Part shown: in pieces, positions 1-15,181 of the stretch
How positions within the stretch are numbered: position 1 is the first letter of the stretch
Layout of the letters: every line of letters begins with the position of its first letter
Origin: an uncultured Candidatus Binatia bacterium
GTDB lineage: Bacteria; Desulfobacterota; Binatia; Bin18; CBDCRK01
Assembly (NCBI GenBank): GCA_965220955.1
Contig: CBDCRK010000011.1
Coordinates: forward strand, 26,773-90,772
Direction of reading: 5' to 3'
Length of the DNA stretch: 64,000 bases
Program-made: the position numbers and the translations under genes
Notes under the pieces: model-generated
Database searches by the model: none
Seen by the model: only the letters and a program-made list of their open reading frames with translations
Told to the model about the DNA's origin: nothing

Positions 1-53
1 ACCGAATTCGCTTTATGGCGCAGTAGGGGCACGGCGCGCCGTTCCCTACTCCT

Positions 54-752
54 TTGTTATCCTGCCCACCAAGTAAACGGGTTCTTCCTCTCATGGTCAC
101 CCCGCGTAATATCCACCAGGTGATAAGTGCGCTTAGACGGGCAGTGCCCACCTGGGATGCGCCGGTTGTTACCCAGATGGCCTCCCTCTCCCGTGATCCC
201 TATCAGGTTCTTATTGCTTGTCTTTTGAGTCTGCGCACTAAGGACGAAACCACTGGCCCAGCAGCAAGGCGGCTCTTTGCGCTTGCTGGCACACCGGCGG
301 AAATGCTTACCCTATCCCAAGGCCAGATCGAGAAGGAGATTTATCCCGTGGGCTTTTACCGCACCAAGGCGCAGACCGTTTTGGATATCTCCCGTACCCT
401 CCTGGAGCAATGCGGCGGGAAGGTGCCCGAGGAAATTGACGAACTTCTAAAGCTCAAAGGTGTGGGCCGCAAGACGGCAAATCTGGTTGTCACTCAGGGG
501 TATAATAAACCCGGCATTTGTGTGGATACACACGTACACCGGATCTCTAATCGTTGGGGCTATATCGAAACCAAGTCACCCGAAGAGACTGAGATGACCC
601 TACGCAAAAAACTTCCCCTACAGTACTGGATCGAGTACAATGATCTCTTAGTCGCCTTGGGGCAGCGGATTTGTCATCCGACTTCGCCCAAGTGTAGCCT
701 CTGTCCCGTGCAAAGGTATTGTGCCAAGAGCGGGGTTCAACGGTCGCGTTAG
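54..752 (+). CDS. nth: Endonuclease III (HhH-GPD DNA glycosylase/AP lyase); start may be M at 93 or upstream of window
   Basis: HhH motif LKGVGRKTANLVV, catalytic region VDTHVHRI, C-terminal 4Fe-4S cluster C-x6-C-x2-C-x5-C (CHPTSPKCSLCPVQRYC). Confidence 0.85.
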   Translation: MLSCPPSKRVLPLMVTPRNIHQVISALRRAVPTWDAPVVTQMASLSRDPYQVLIACLLSLRTKDETTGPAARRLFALAGTPAEMLTLSQGQIEKEIYPVGFYRTKAQTVLDISRTLLEQCGGKVPEEIDELLKLKGVGRKTANLVVTQGYNKPGICVDTHVHRISNRWGYIETKSPEETEMTLRKKLPLQYWIEYNDLLVALGQRICHPTSPKCSLCPVQRYCAKSGVQRSR

Positions 753-818
753 AAGGGCGAAGCCTGCAGCGGCACGCACTGACAAGAGGTCGCGACGCCA
801 TGGGCGTATGCCTCGCCC

Positions 819-968
819 TTACTTGTCTGTCTTCTCTTTTTGCCAGGCCCAGAACTTGTCTGAGACTTTCTTGGTCTGTTCTGCCAAATGGATGAGTAGC
901 TCACCATTATTCCATAAAATAAAAACGGTTGCTGCTGCGGCTCCAACAAGAAATCCAAAGAGAAACAT
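819..968 (-). CDS. Possible 49-aa small protein with one N-terminal TM helix (MFLFGFLVGAAAATVFILWNNGELLIHLAEQTKKVSDKFWAWQKEKTDK); below the ORF-track length cutoff
   Basis: Clean ATG..TAA ORF in a locally AT-richer intergenic stretch; hydrophobic N-terminus and amphipathic C-terminus. No homology check was possible. Confidence 0.25.
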   Translation of the reverse strand: MFLFGFLVGAAAATVFILWNNGELLIHLAEQTKKVSDKFWAWQKEKTDK

Positions 969-1115
969 AACTGGCTCTCCTCTTACTTTAAAAGCTTTTA
1001 CGAGGCCCTAGCCTTGATCGCTGCCACAATCTGCGGCCTGGCTATCCCCGCCTTCTCTAAGATGATGAAGTTTGAGAGGTGATCGGTCAAGGGTGTAGGT
1101 TCAGGGTTGATTTTC

Positions 1116-2354
1116 CTACTCATATCGTAGAGCCTCAATGGGGTCGAGGTGTGAGGCTTTATAGGCCGGATAATAGCCAAAGAAGATACCCACAGCTCCG
1201 GAAAAAAGAAAAGCACCCACCATAGCTGTGGAGGAGAGTAGAACCGGCCAACCAGCAAAATAGGTGACCAGCCTGGCGCTGACAATGCCTAGCCCGATGC
1301 CAACAACTCCACCCACCAAGCTGAGCACTGTAGACTCGATCAAAAATTGCCAGAGAATGTGGCGGGCTTTGGCCCCCACGGCCATACGGAGACCGATCTC
1401 TCGGGTGCGTTCGGCAACTGAAACCAGCAAGATGTTCATAATGCCAATCCCCCCCACAAGGAGGGCAATCGAAGCCGTGGAAGTAAGCAGGTTGGTCATT
1501 ACCTGGTTAGCACCGGCAGAGGCAGCGGCGATGTCCAAGAGGTTGCGCACAGTAAAATCGTCCTGCTGTCCGGGGAGGATACGGTGGCGCGCGCGCAGAA
1601 GCGTGCGGACCTCTTGTTCGGCTTGTGCTACCTGGGCAGGGGAATGGGCAGAGACGAAGATGTAGCTTACCCTGCCTAGAATCTCCGATCCCATGAGCCT
1701 TCGCTCTGCCGTGGTGAAAGGGACAATGGCGGTATCGTCTTGATCGTATCCCCAGCCAGTCCGTCCTTTGGGAGTAAGAAGCCCAATAATGCGGAGAGGA
1801 ACATTCTGAATACGGATAGTTACACCTATGGGATCTTGCCCCGGAGCAAAAAGGTCATTAGCCAGCGTCTGGCCAATCACACAGACTTTGGCTGCGCCTT
1901 GCTCTTCCCGGTGAGTAAAGAAGCGACCAGAGGCAAGAGGCCAGTCCCGCACTTGCAGGTAATCGGTGCCTGCCCCATAGACCGTGGTGTTCCAATTCTG
2001 ATTACCAGCGATTACCTGCATATTCTGCCGCCGGATCGGGGTTACGGCAGAAACCGCAGGACATTTTTCGCCAATGGCCCGGGCATCGGCCACGGTCAAA
2101 GTTGCGGCCCCACCATGCCCTGAGCGCACTCCAGAGGAGGTGGTAGAGCCGGCAAAGACCATAAGCAGGTTGGTGCCCAGGCTGCCTATTCGCTTTTGGA
2201 TTGTTATATTGGCCCCTTGGCTCACAGAGACCATTGCCACTACCGCTCCCACGCCAAAAACAATTCCCAGCATGGTGAGTGCTGAGCGCAGCTTATTGCG
2301 TCTGAGGGCGCGCCAAGCCGCGCGTACGGCCATGAGAAAAAGTTTAAGGTTCAC
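1116..2354 (-). CDS. ABC transporter permease, FtsX/MacB-type with large periplasmic domain. No adjacent ATPase gene (orphan)
   Basis: N-terminal TM, then a long periplasmic domain and C-terminal four-helix FtsX-like region. Overall MacB/LolC/DevC-type permease architecture. Confidence 0.8.
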   Translation of the reverse strand: MNLKLFLMAVRAAWRALRRNKLRSALTMLGIVFGVGAVVAMVSVSQGANITIQKRIGSLGTNLLMVFAGSTTSSGVRSGHGGAATLTVADARAIGEKCPAVSAVTPIRRQNMQVIAGNQNWNTTVYGAGTDYLQVRDWPLASGRFFTHREEQGAAKVCVIGQTLANDLFAPGQDPIGVTIRIQNVPLRIIGLLTPKGRTGWGYDQDDTAIVPFTTAERRLMGSEILGRVSYIFVSAHSPAQVAQAEQEVRTLLRARHRILPGQQDDFTVRNLLDIAAASAGANQVMTNLLTSTASIALLVGGIGIMNILLVSVAERTREIGLRMAVGAKARHILWQFLIESTVLSLVGGVVGIGLGIVSARLVTYFAGWPVLLSSTAMVGAFLFSGAVGIFFGYYPAYKASHLDPIEALRYE

Positions 2355-2517
2355 GGGTCCACCCTAGAGCTAAAAGGGTTTTCTTCCTTCTATCATGTTA
2401 CTCAGGTTCTAAACAATTCTGAACAACAAAGTTTTCTGGCGCGGTCTTCTGTGGCTTGACCTCAGACAGCGAAGAAGTGTAGACCTTAGGGATCTGTGCC
2501 AAGTCAAGGAGGAGGAG

Positions 2518-3462
2518 ATGGAACGGAAAATTCAGTTTGGCCTTTTCCTGCCCCAGGTTGGGCTTCCCTTTCCCGCGCTTAAAGAACGCGTGCTGGCCTG
2601 TGAGGAATACGGGTTTCACTCGGTTTGGTTTACCGACCACATGTGGACACGGGGCCTGCCGCAGGTTGACTTTCTAGAAAGCTGGACAGTGATGTCAGCT
2701 CTGGCTGCCGCCACCAGCCGTATTCGTATTGGTAGCCTGGTCATCTGTAACTCTTTTCGTAATCCTGCTTTTCTTGCCAAGATGGCTGCCAGCCTAGACA
2801 ATGTTAGCAGCGGACGACTGGAGTTAGGCCTGGGGGCCGGCTGGATGGAGGAAGAATACGCAGCCTATGGTTATCCTTTTCCCTCCGGTGGGGTAAGGGC
2901 CAGTCAGCTCAAGGAGGGAGTGGAGATTATCAAGAAGCTCTTTACCGAGGAAAAGGCTTCGTACACAGGCAAGTACTACAGCATTGCCGACGCCTACAAC
3001 AACCCTAAGCCCATACAAAAACCTTATCCCCCCATTACCATTGGCGCAGCGGCAGAGCAGAAGATGCTGCGTATTGTTGCCGAGCATGCCGACCGCTGGA
3101 ACTGCCCGGCGGCGGTGGCCAGCCGGGTTGAAAAGAAGTGGGGTGTGATTACCGAACACTGCAAAGCGGTGGGTCGTAACCCTGAAGAGATTGAGATCTC
3201 CGAACAAGTGGTTGGAGTGCTGGGCAAGGACGAGCAGGACTTTCAGAACAAATGGCCAATGGCTCAGAAGACACTGGGGCGTCTGGCTAATCTGGAAAAG
3301 ACGGCTCTACGGGGCACTCCGGCTGGTGTGATTGAAGGCATTAAGGAGAAAAACCGCAAAGGGGTGACCCTTTTTACCATAATCTTTAGCGACCTGGCAC
3401 AGGACGATTTTTTGGGAACGCTAAAGCTCTTTGCCCAAGAGGTCCTGCCAGCCTTCCAGTAG
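2518..3462 (+). CDS. LLM-class (luciferase-like) flavin/F420-dependent oxidoreductase
   Basis: TIM-barrel LLM signatures (VWFTDHMW, GIGAGW-like GLGAGWMEEEY). Confidence 0.8.
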   Translation: MERKIQFGLFLPQVGLPFPALKERVLACEEYGFHSVWFTDHMWTRGLPQVDFLESWTVMSALAAATSRIRIGSLVICNSFRNPAFLAKMAASLDNVSSGRLELGLGAGWMEEEYAAYGYPFPSGGVRASQLKEGVEIIKKLFTEEKASYTGKYYSIADAYNNPKPIQKPYPPITIGAAAEQKMLRIVAEHADRWNCPAAVASRVEKKWGVITEHCKAVGRNPEEIEISEQVVGVLGKDEQDFQNKWPMAQKTLGRLANLEKTALRGTPAGVIEGIKEKNRKGVTLFTIIFSDLAQDDFLGTLKLFAQEVLPAFQ

Positions 3463-3535
3463 CTGGGCGGCTTTTCCCTTAGGAAACAACAAGAAATCGG
3501 TCCTTGAGGTGGTGGAAGAACACTTCGAGCGCCGA

Positions 3536-3701
3536 CTAAATCGAACCACATAAGATTGGTACAGAAGGTCCGGGCATCTGTGGTAGGGGTGAATCTCGTA
3601 TTCGCCCTGTTATAGAGGTCTCTCACCTGGGGCGATCACCAGGGTCGCCGACCGCGGACCACCCCTACATTAGTGTACTAATGTCCTGTGGTCTGATTTA
3701 G
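3536..3701. repeat. 166-bp MITE-like structured repeat, copy 1, with 15-bp terminal inverted repeats (CTAAATCGAACCACA / TGTGGTCTGATTTAG)
   Basis: About 95% identical to 13021..13186. Internal hairpins (ACATTAG-TGTA-CTAATGT; GTAGGGG...CCCCTAC) and a palindrome GGTGAATCTCGTATTCGCC. Confidence 0.6.
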
Positions 3702-3752
3702 CTGAAGAGATGGGCAAAATACGATAGGTTCTTGCCTTCCATCAAGGTTATT

Positions 3753-3796
3753 CCCTCTCCCACAAAGCTGCGGGAGAGGGCTAGGGTGAGGGTCCC
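3753..3796 (-). terminator. GC-rich REP-like hairpin (CCCTCTCCC-N10-GGGAGAGGG + GGGTGAGGGT) directly after the stop of the minus-strand LLM gene
   Basis: 9-bp perfect stem abutting the stop at 3799. Same motif family recurs at 18056-18155 and 21636-21717. No U-tract follows. Confidence 0.35.
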
Positions 3797-3798
3797 GT

Positions 3799-4836
3799 CT
3801 ACCGAAACTCTGGCATCACTTCCTGGGCAAAGCGGCGCAGGCCCTCCCGGTCATACGGCTGGCGCATGGCAATAATAATGTGCTCTACCCCAGCATCAAT
3901 ATAGGCCTGTACTTGTTCCTTCACCTCCTCGCTTGTTCCCATAAGCATTGTTGCCCGGGCTTGCTCAGGCGTTACACCCCGGGCCTGGGCAACGAGCTGG
4001 GCTACCTGATCCACCTTTTGCTCATTATCACTTAAGACCATAAGAGTAGCAAAGGTCTTCTCAATGTCAGCACAGTTGCGGTCAAACTGCCTGCAGTAGC
4101 CATTTAGAACTTCAATCAGCTCCGCCATGCCAGCGGGGCTTAAGCCACCAGCGTTCCAGGCGTCCGCATACTTGGCAACTATGGGCAGGGTCCATTTTTT
4201 ACCCCGGCCACCGATGAGAATGGGAGGATAGGGTTTCTGCAACGGCTTGGGCTCAAAAGGGGCATCGACCAGCTGGTAATACTTCCCCGTAAAGTTTGTC
4301 TCCTTCTCTGTCCACAGCATCCGGATCAGCTGTACTGCCTCTTCCATGCGATCAACCCGCTCCTTGGCCGTATAGAAAGGTATACCATAGGCTTGGTGCT
4401 CCAACTTAAACCAGGCAGCCCCAATGCCCAGCTGCAGCCGCCCGCCGCTGATGTGGTCCACCGTGGTGGCCATCTTGGCTAGCACCGCCGGGTTACGATA
4501 AGTGTTGCCTGTAACCAAGCAGCCAATACGCATGCGCGAGGTCTTGGCGGCCAGTGCTGCCAGAAGCGTCCAGCCGTCATAACAGGGACCCTTAGGATCG
4601 GCAAAAATAGGAATAAAGTGGTCAAATGTCCAGGCAGAGTCAAACCCCAACTCTTCGGCCTCCTGCCAGAGTTTGCTGAGATCGTTGAGATCCTCCACCT
4701 GTTGGGCGGTTTGGATGCCAAAGCGGACTGTGGGTTTGTTGTTGGTGTCAGCATAAGAAAGACCTGCGCTACCCACAAATAGCAAAACCGCACAACCTAC
4801 CAATGCCTGCCAAACCGTTGAACCATATTTGCGCAT
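3799..4836 (-). CDS. LLM-class flavin/F420-dependent oxidoreductase with N-terminal signal peptide/TM
   Basis: Luciferase-like motifs (FDSAWTFDHF, GIGAAW). Hydrophobic N-terminus ALVGCAVLLFVGSAGLSYA. Confidence 0.75.
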   Translation of the reverse strand: MRKYGSTVWQALVGCAVLLFVGSAGLSYADTNNKPTVRFGIQTAQQVEDLNDLSKLWQEAEELGFDSAWTFDHFIPIFADPKGPCYDGWTLLAALAAKTSRMRIGCLVTGNTYRNPAVLAKMATTVDHISGGRLQLGIGAAWFKLEHQAYGIPFYTAKERVDRMEEAVQLIRMLWTEKETNFTGKYYQLVDAPFEPKPLQKPYPPILIGGRGKKWTLPIVAKYADAWNAGGLSPAGMAELIEVLNGYCRQFDRNCADIEKTFATLMVLSDNEQKVDQVAQLVAQARGVTPEQARATMLMGTSEEVKEQVQAYIDAGVEHIIIAMRQPYDREGLRRFAQEVMPEFR

Positions 4837-4844
4837 GTTTCCTC

Positions 4845-5255
4845 CTATTCGTTCCTGAGTGTACCGCTGAGCGCCGCCCTATAGGGATGCGTGTCCATGT
4901 AGATGCGTAGAGACTGGATCTTCTCGCCAGCAAAGGTATAGAAGTTGAGATTGTTCATGGTGATAGGCTGCCCGTCCTTGGTCTTGCCCTCTAAGTGAAG
5001 TGGGGCCACCACCTTATCTCCTTCGATGACAATATCCGTGGGTCTGGCGCTGTAATCAACCAGATTGGCGGTCAGATTCTGGTAAAAGGCGCGCAAGGCA
5101 GCTTTGCCTTTAATGCCGCTTTCTGTCAGTGGATGGATCACAATGGCGTGGTCGTGAAACAATTCCAGGATGCCTTCCACCTCTCCTTGAGTGACTCGTT
5201 GAAAATAGGCACGGACGACTTCTTCTTTGTGTTGTTCTGCCGGTCCTCTAGGCAT
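4845..5255 (-). CDS. SnoaL-like / NTF2-like (ketosteroid isomerase fold) protein. Start trimmed to MPRGPAEQ to avoid overlap with the upstream gene
   Basis: EEVVRAYFQRVTQGEVEGILELFHDHAIV pattern typical of SnoaL_2/NTF2-like family. Confidence 0.55.
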   Translation of the reverse strand: MPRGPAEQHKEEVVRAYFQRVTQGEVEGILELFHDHAIVIHPLTESGIKGKAALRAFYQNLTANLVDYSARPTDIVIEGDKVVAPLHLEGKTKDGQPITMNNLNFYTFAGEKIQSLRIYMDTHPYRAALSGTLRNE

Positions 5256-5271
5256 GGCTCCCTCCTTTGGT

Positions 5272-6126
5272 CTAAACAATTCGGTACTTCTCGGCCAGCT
5301 GTGTGGCTTCCACTGTACCAATAAACTCGTTGAACTCTTGAAACGTACAGGTCCGTTGTTGATAGTTGGGGATGGTGCCGGTCTCTTTCAGGTCCTTGAC
5401 CATATCGCGGATGGCTTTGTAAGCAATAAACAAGGACTGCACAGGATAGATGGCCACTTTCAGCCCCTGGCGTTCTAACTCTTCTTTGGGCGTATCAATC
5501 ACCACATTGAACAGTGGGGCTGGCAGGGCGTCTGCCACCTTCTTAGTGTCTTGGGTTTTGAGGTAGGTGACAAAGAGGAGGTCGGCCCCGGCCTCGGCGT
5601 AGGCCTGAGCACGCTCCAAGGCATCGTCCATCGAGGTTACCCCCAAAGCCTCGGTGCGAGCAATAATAACAAAGTCGGGATCGGTACGGGCGTCTGCCGC
5701 AGCTTTGATCTTTTCTATGGCTACCTCTTTGGCAAAAAGCCGGTCGCGGTGACCAACAAAGTGTTTACCAGGGATCATGTCTTCCAAGTGTACCGCAGCC
5801 AGCCCGGCCTGCTCACACAGACGGATAGTACGTTGCACACTTAACGGTGTTCCCCCGCCGTCATCCATGTCCGAGATGATAGGGATATCCACCGCCGCAG
5901 CCACATGACGGGCCTGGGTCAGGAGTTCGGTCATGGTAATAAGCGAATGGTCTGGAATGCCAAGCAGGCTTGCCGAGGAGGCAAATCCGCCCAAATAGAC
6001 GGCCTGAAACCCCTCTTGCTCAACAATTTTGGCGCTCATCACGTCATGGGCTCCTGGAGCAACGAGCAGGCCCGGTTCTTTTAACAACTGCCGCAGTCGA
6101 GCAGTTCCTTTCATGTCTCCTTTCAT
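5272..6126 (-). CDS. Isocitrate lyase/PEP mutase superfamily enzyme (2-methylisocitrate lyase / carboxyvinyl-carboxyphosphonate phosphorylmutase-like)
   Basis: GAHDVMSAKIVEQEGFQAVYLGG ... ISDMDDGGG signature of the ICL/PEPM family. Confidence 0.75.
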   Translation of the reverse strand: MKGDMKGTARLRQLLKEPGLLVAPGAHDVMSAKIVEQEGFQAVYLGGFASSASLLGIPDHSLITMTELLTQARHVAAAVDIPIISDMDDGGGTPLSVQRTIRLCEQAGLAAVHLEDMIPGKHFVGHRDRLFAKEVAIEKIKAAADARTDPDFVIIARTEALGVTSMDDALERAQAYAEAGADLLFVTYLKTQDTKKVADALPAPLFNVVIDTPKEELERQGLKVAIYPVQSLFIAYKAIRDMVKDLKETGTIPNYQQRTCTFQEFNEFIGTVEATQLAEKYRIV

Positions 6127-6212
6127 GTCAAGGTCCTCCTTTTTTTGGTCCTATTTTGTTGCAAGATTCTGGGGCTGCCTAGTCTTGTCAGGCTCGTTCT
6201 AGAGAGGAAACC

Positions 6213-6821
6213 TCAGGGAAAAAGTAAGCGGACGGCAACAGCAAAGCCCGGCAGGGCCCGGGAACGAAGAGTTCGGCTTGCACTATAGCGTGTTCCAGAA
6301 GTATATTTCATTCTGACCAGACGGAATACCACCACCTCACGGCGATCAGGGTCAGCCAGCCAGTATTCCTCTACCTCGTTGGCTTCGTAGAGCCGTTTTT
6401 TCTCCAAACGGTCACGCCGGGCTGTAGACGGGGAAAGAATTTCCACCACAAGCGTTGGTACAATCCTAAGAAACTGCCCCCGCCGAACCTGTGGCCCTTT
6501 AGCCCAGCGATCATGTGAGATAAATGAGACATCGGGCTCAAGGGTTTCGCCAGAAGGCAAATCATAGCCTGTACTAGAGCCAAAGATCCGCCCCAGATCG
6601 TGTTCCTCAGTAAAGTTCCCCAGAAGACGAACAATTCTGGCCTCGACCTCTCCATGACCCCAACCTGCCGGGGGTGTCATCACAATCCTTCCATCGATGA
6701 GTTCATAGCGGTTAATATCCGTTAGTGGGCGGCGTTCTACCCAGCATTTAAACTCACCCTGGGTGAAGGTTTCGGTAGAGATAAAAGTGGTGGACCGACC
6801 CGTGGTCTTGACTATTCCCAT
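6213..6821 (-). CDS. Uma2-family (DUF820) PD-(D/E)xK-type endonuclease. Start placed at MGIVKTTG
   Basis: TFEEY-like N-terminus, YELIDGRIVMTPP, EPDVSFI and EILSPST motifs characteristic of Uma2. Confidence 0.7.
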   Translation of the reverse strand: MGIVKTTGRSTTFISTETFTQGEFKCWVERRPLTDINRYELIDGRIVMTPPAGWGHGEVEARIVRLLGNFTEEHDLGRIFGSSTGYDLPSGETLEPDVSFISHDRWAKGPQVRRGQFLRIVPTLVVEILSPSTARRDRLEKKRLYEANEVEEYWLADPDRREVVVFRLVRMKYTSGTRYSASRTLRSRALPGFAVAVRLLFP

Positions 6822-6951
6822 TAGACACTTTCCTTCTTGTGCCATTCCTGTGAAACTTGTCCCTGAGAAATCAAGGATCAGGAATCTATTCGCCCCCCAC
6901 ATTTCTGGATTCCCGCTTGCGCGGGAATGACAGAACGAGAGTAGATTTAGA

Positions 6952-12645
<5,694 letters not shown>

Positions 12646-13020
12646 CAGAGAGAAATTTTTGGCTCTCTGATATTTTCCGTGGAAATGCGTGTCTCTACAC
12701 TATATATTGTGCTACCATATCTATCCTGTCTATATATAGTAGTACTCCAGGGCAAGTATCAAAGAAGAAAATTTTTCCTGTCTACAGAGAAAGGGATATT
12801 GTCCCTCCCTCTTATAACCAGGGAAGAAGGAGGTGTCTAGAGAAGTGGTTTGTTCTTCGGCAGCCGATCAGTAGGGTGCGCTACGTGTACGAATCAAGTG
12901 AAGCCTCCCTCTTTTCGTGTGCCCGGCACACGCTACGACTGTAGGGCAGGCAAGGGGATACCCGCTCTTGAGCCCAGAGACCTCGGCTGTTATAGTTTAG
13001 TTATCCCTAAACGACTCAAT

Positions 13021-13186
13021 CTAAATCGAACCACATAAGATTGGTGCAGAAGGTCCGGGCCTCTGTGGTAGGGGCGAATCTCGTATTTGCCCTGTTATAG
13101 AGGTCCCTCACCTGGGGCGATCACCAGGGTCGCCGATCGCGGACCGCCCCTACATTAGTGTACTAATGTCCTGTGGTCTGATTTAG
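13021..13186. repeat. 166-bp MITE-like structured repeat, copy 2, in the divergent uvrA/typA intergenic region
   Basis: Near-identical to 3536..3701, including the terminal inverted repeats. Confidence 0.6.
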
Positions 13187-13239
13187 AAGGGAGGCCAGTG
13201 GGCCCCCTTTGTATTTGTGCTGATAGGAAAATATCTCTA

Positions 13240-15075
13240 ATGACAAGGCACGCTAAATCAAGCCGGCGAGAAAATATCCGTAACCTTGCCATTATTGCCC
13301 ACGTGGACCATGGCAAGACTACCCTGGTCGATGCCATGTTGCACCAGAGCGGCATCTTCCGCGCCAACGAGAGGGTGGTGGAGCGGGTCATGGATTCCTT
13401 TGCCTTGGAACGTGAGCGCGGCATCACTATGTTAGCCAAGAACACGACCATTGAGTATGCTGGCGTCAAGATCAACATTGTTGATACCCCCGGCCATGCT
13501 GACTTTGGCGGCGAGGTGGAACGCACCCTGGCTATGGTCGATGGAGTTATTCTTCTGGTGGACGCTTCTGAAGGGCCTCTGCCGCAAACTCGCTTTGTGT
13601 TAAAAAAGGCCCTGGATCTGGCACTGCCGCCCATAGTTTGCATTAACAAGATTGATCGCTCAGATGCCCGTATCAGTGAGGTGCTGGATGAGATCTATGG
13701 TTTATTTATTGATCTTGATGCCAGCGAAGCGCAACTAGACTTCCCCGTAGTCTATACCAACGCCCGTGCTGGTACCGCAACCCGTGACTTACAAGAGCCC
13801 GCCGACAGCCTGCGACCCCTGTTTAATCTGATTATCCAGGCGCTTCCGGGGCCGCTAGTTGATCCCGTAGCGCCAACACAATTCCAGGTTAATAACCTGG
13901 ACTACAACGACTATCTTGGCCGCTTGGCGATTGGACGAGTTAACCATGGTATATTGCAGACCGGCGGATTTTATACTCTCTGCCGGGCCGCTGGCACCCA
14001 ACAGCCAGTTAAAGTCACACAGATTTTCGGCTGGCACGGGTTGAAACGCATCGAACTCGATACTGCCCAGGCAGGGACCATTGTTGCGGTGGCGGGAATC
14101 GAAGACATCTATATTGGTGATACCATTGCTGACAGAGAGCAGCCGCAACCGCTACCGGCTATCCGTGTGGATGAACCCACCATCACCATGATCTTTAGCG
14201 TTAACACGTCTCCTTGGGCTGGTCGGGAGGGAGAATTTGTCACTTCTCGTAAGTTGCGGGAACGGCTCATGGTGGAGCAGCGCTGGAACGTAAGCCTGCG
14301 AATCGAGGAGACCGATTCCCCGGATGCCTTGTGCGTCACCGGCCGGGGTGAGCTGCAACTCGCCGTTCTCATCGAGACCATGCGCAGGGAAGGATACGAA
14401 CTGGCAGTTTCCCGGCCAACGGTGGTAACGCGCCAGATCAATGGTACCATGCACGAGCCAGTGGAGCTGCTGGTGATTGACATTCCCGAGGATTATATTG
14501 GGGTAGTCACACAGCTCCTGGGGATACGACGGGGCAAGATGATCAAAATGATCCATGCTGGTTCCGGACGTGTACGCCTTGAGTTCTCGGTCCCCTCGCG
14601 CGGTTTGATCGGATTCCGCTCTCGCTTTCTTACTGATACTCGGGGGACTGGAATTATGAACACTTTGTTCGATGGCTGGGCACCCTGGTATGGGCAGATC
14701 CAGGGTCGCACTAACGGCGCTATGGTGGCGGATCGCGAGGGCGAGGCAACTCCCTATGCCATCTTTCATATCCAGGAACGGGGGCTCCTCTTTATTGCGC
14801 CGGGCACACGCGTGTACGAAGGCATGGTTATCGGTGAGTACTCACGCGATACGAATCTCAACGTCAATATCTGCCGCGAGAAGAAACTGACAAATGTACG
14901 CGCCGCCGGCCGCGATGAGAATATCATCATTACGCCCCACCGTCAGATGGGACTAGAAGAAGGGAGTGAGTGGATTGGCGAGGACGAACTGATGGAAGTA
15001 ACACCCCAATCGATCCGGCTACGCAAAACCGTCCTCAAGCAAGTTGAGCGACCGAAGCAGAAACAAGATGTTTAA
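13240..15075 (+). CDS. typA: Translational GTPase TypA/BipA
   Basis: [20 protein letters not shown] GTPase motifs and EF-G-like domain order. Start at MTRHAK. Confidence 0.9.
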   Translation: MTRHAKSSRRENIRNLAIIAHVDHGKTTLVDAMLHQSGIFRANERVVERVMDSFALERERGITMLAKNTTIEYAGVKINIVDTPGHADFGGEVERTLAMVDGVILLVDASEGPLPQTRFVLKKALDLALPPIVCINKIDRSDARISEVLDEIYGLFIDLDASEAQLDFPVVYTNARAGTATRDLQEPADSLRPLFNLIIQALPGPLVDPVAPTQFQVNNLDYNDYLGRLAIGRVNHGILQTGGFYTLCRAAGTQQPVKVTQIFGWHGLKRIELDTAQAGTIVAVAGIEDIYIGDTIADREQPQPLPAIRVDEPTITMIFSVNTSPWAGREGEFVTSRKLRERLMVEQRWNVSLRIEETDSPDALCVTGRGELQLAVLIETMRREGYELAVSRPTVVTRQINGTMHEPVELLVIDIPEDYIGVVTQLLGIRRGKMIKMIHAGSGRVRLEFSVPSRGLIGFRSRFLTDTRGTGIMNTLFDGWAPWYGQIQGRTNGAMVADREGEATPYAIFHIQERGLLFIAPGTRVYEGMVIGEYSRDTNLNVNICREKKLTNVRAAGRDENIIITPHRQMGLEEGSEWIGEDELMEVTPQSIRLRKTVLKQVERPKQKQDV

Positions 15076-15181
15076 GCGTTCTGTGGTATTTTCTACATAC
15101 TTTCGTCCAAGTTGCGGGCTGAAGAAGAAGCGCTCGCTTTTCGCCTCTATCCCACTACTCGTGCTGGGTTCGTCCACTCGC

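Noticed and set aside
998-1285. 95-aa minus-strand ORF
   Set aside because: Overlaps the 3' end of the FtsX permease gene in another frame; no features.
13155-13649. 164-aa minus-strand ORF overlapping the typA start
   Set aside because: Antisense to the highly conserved TypA GTPase N-terminus.
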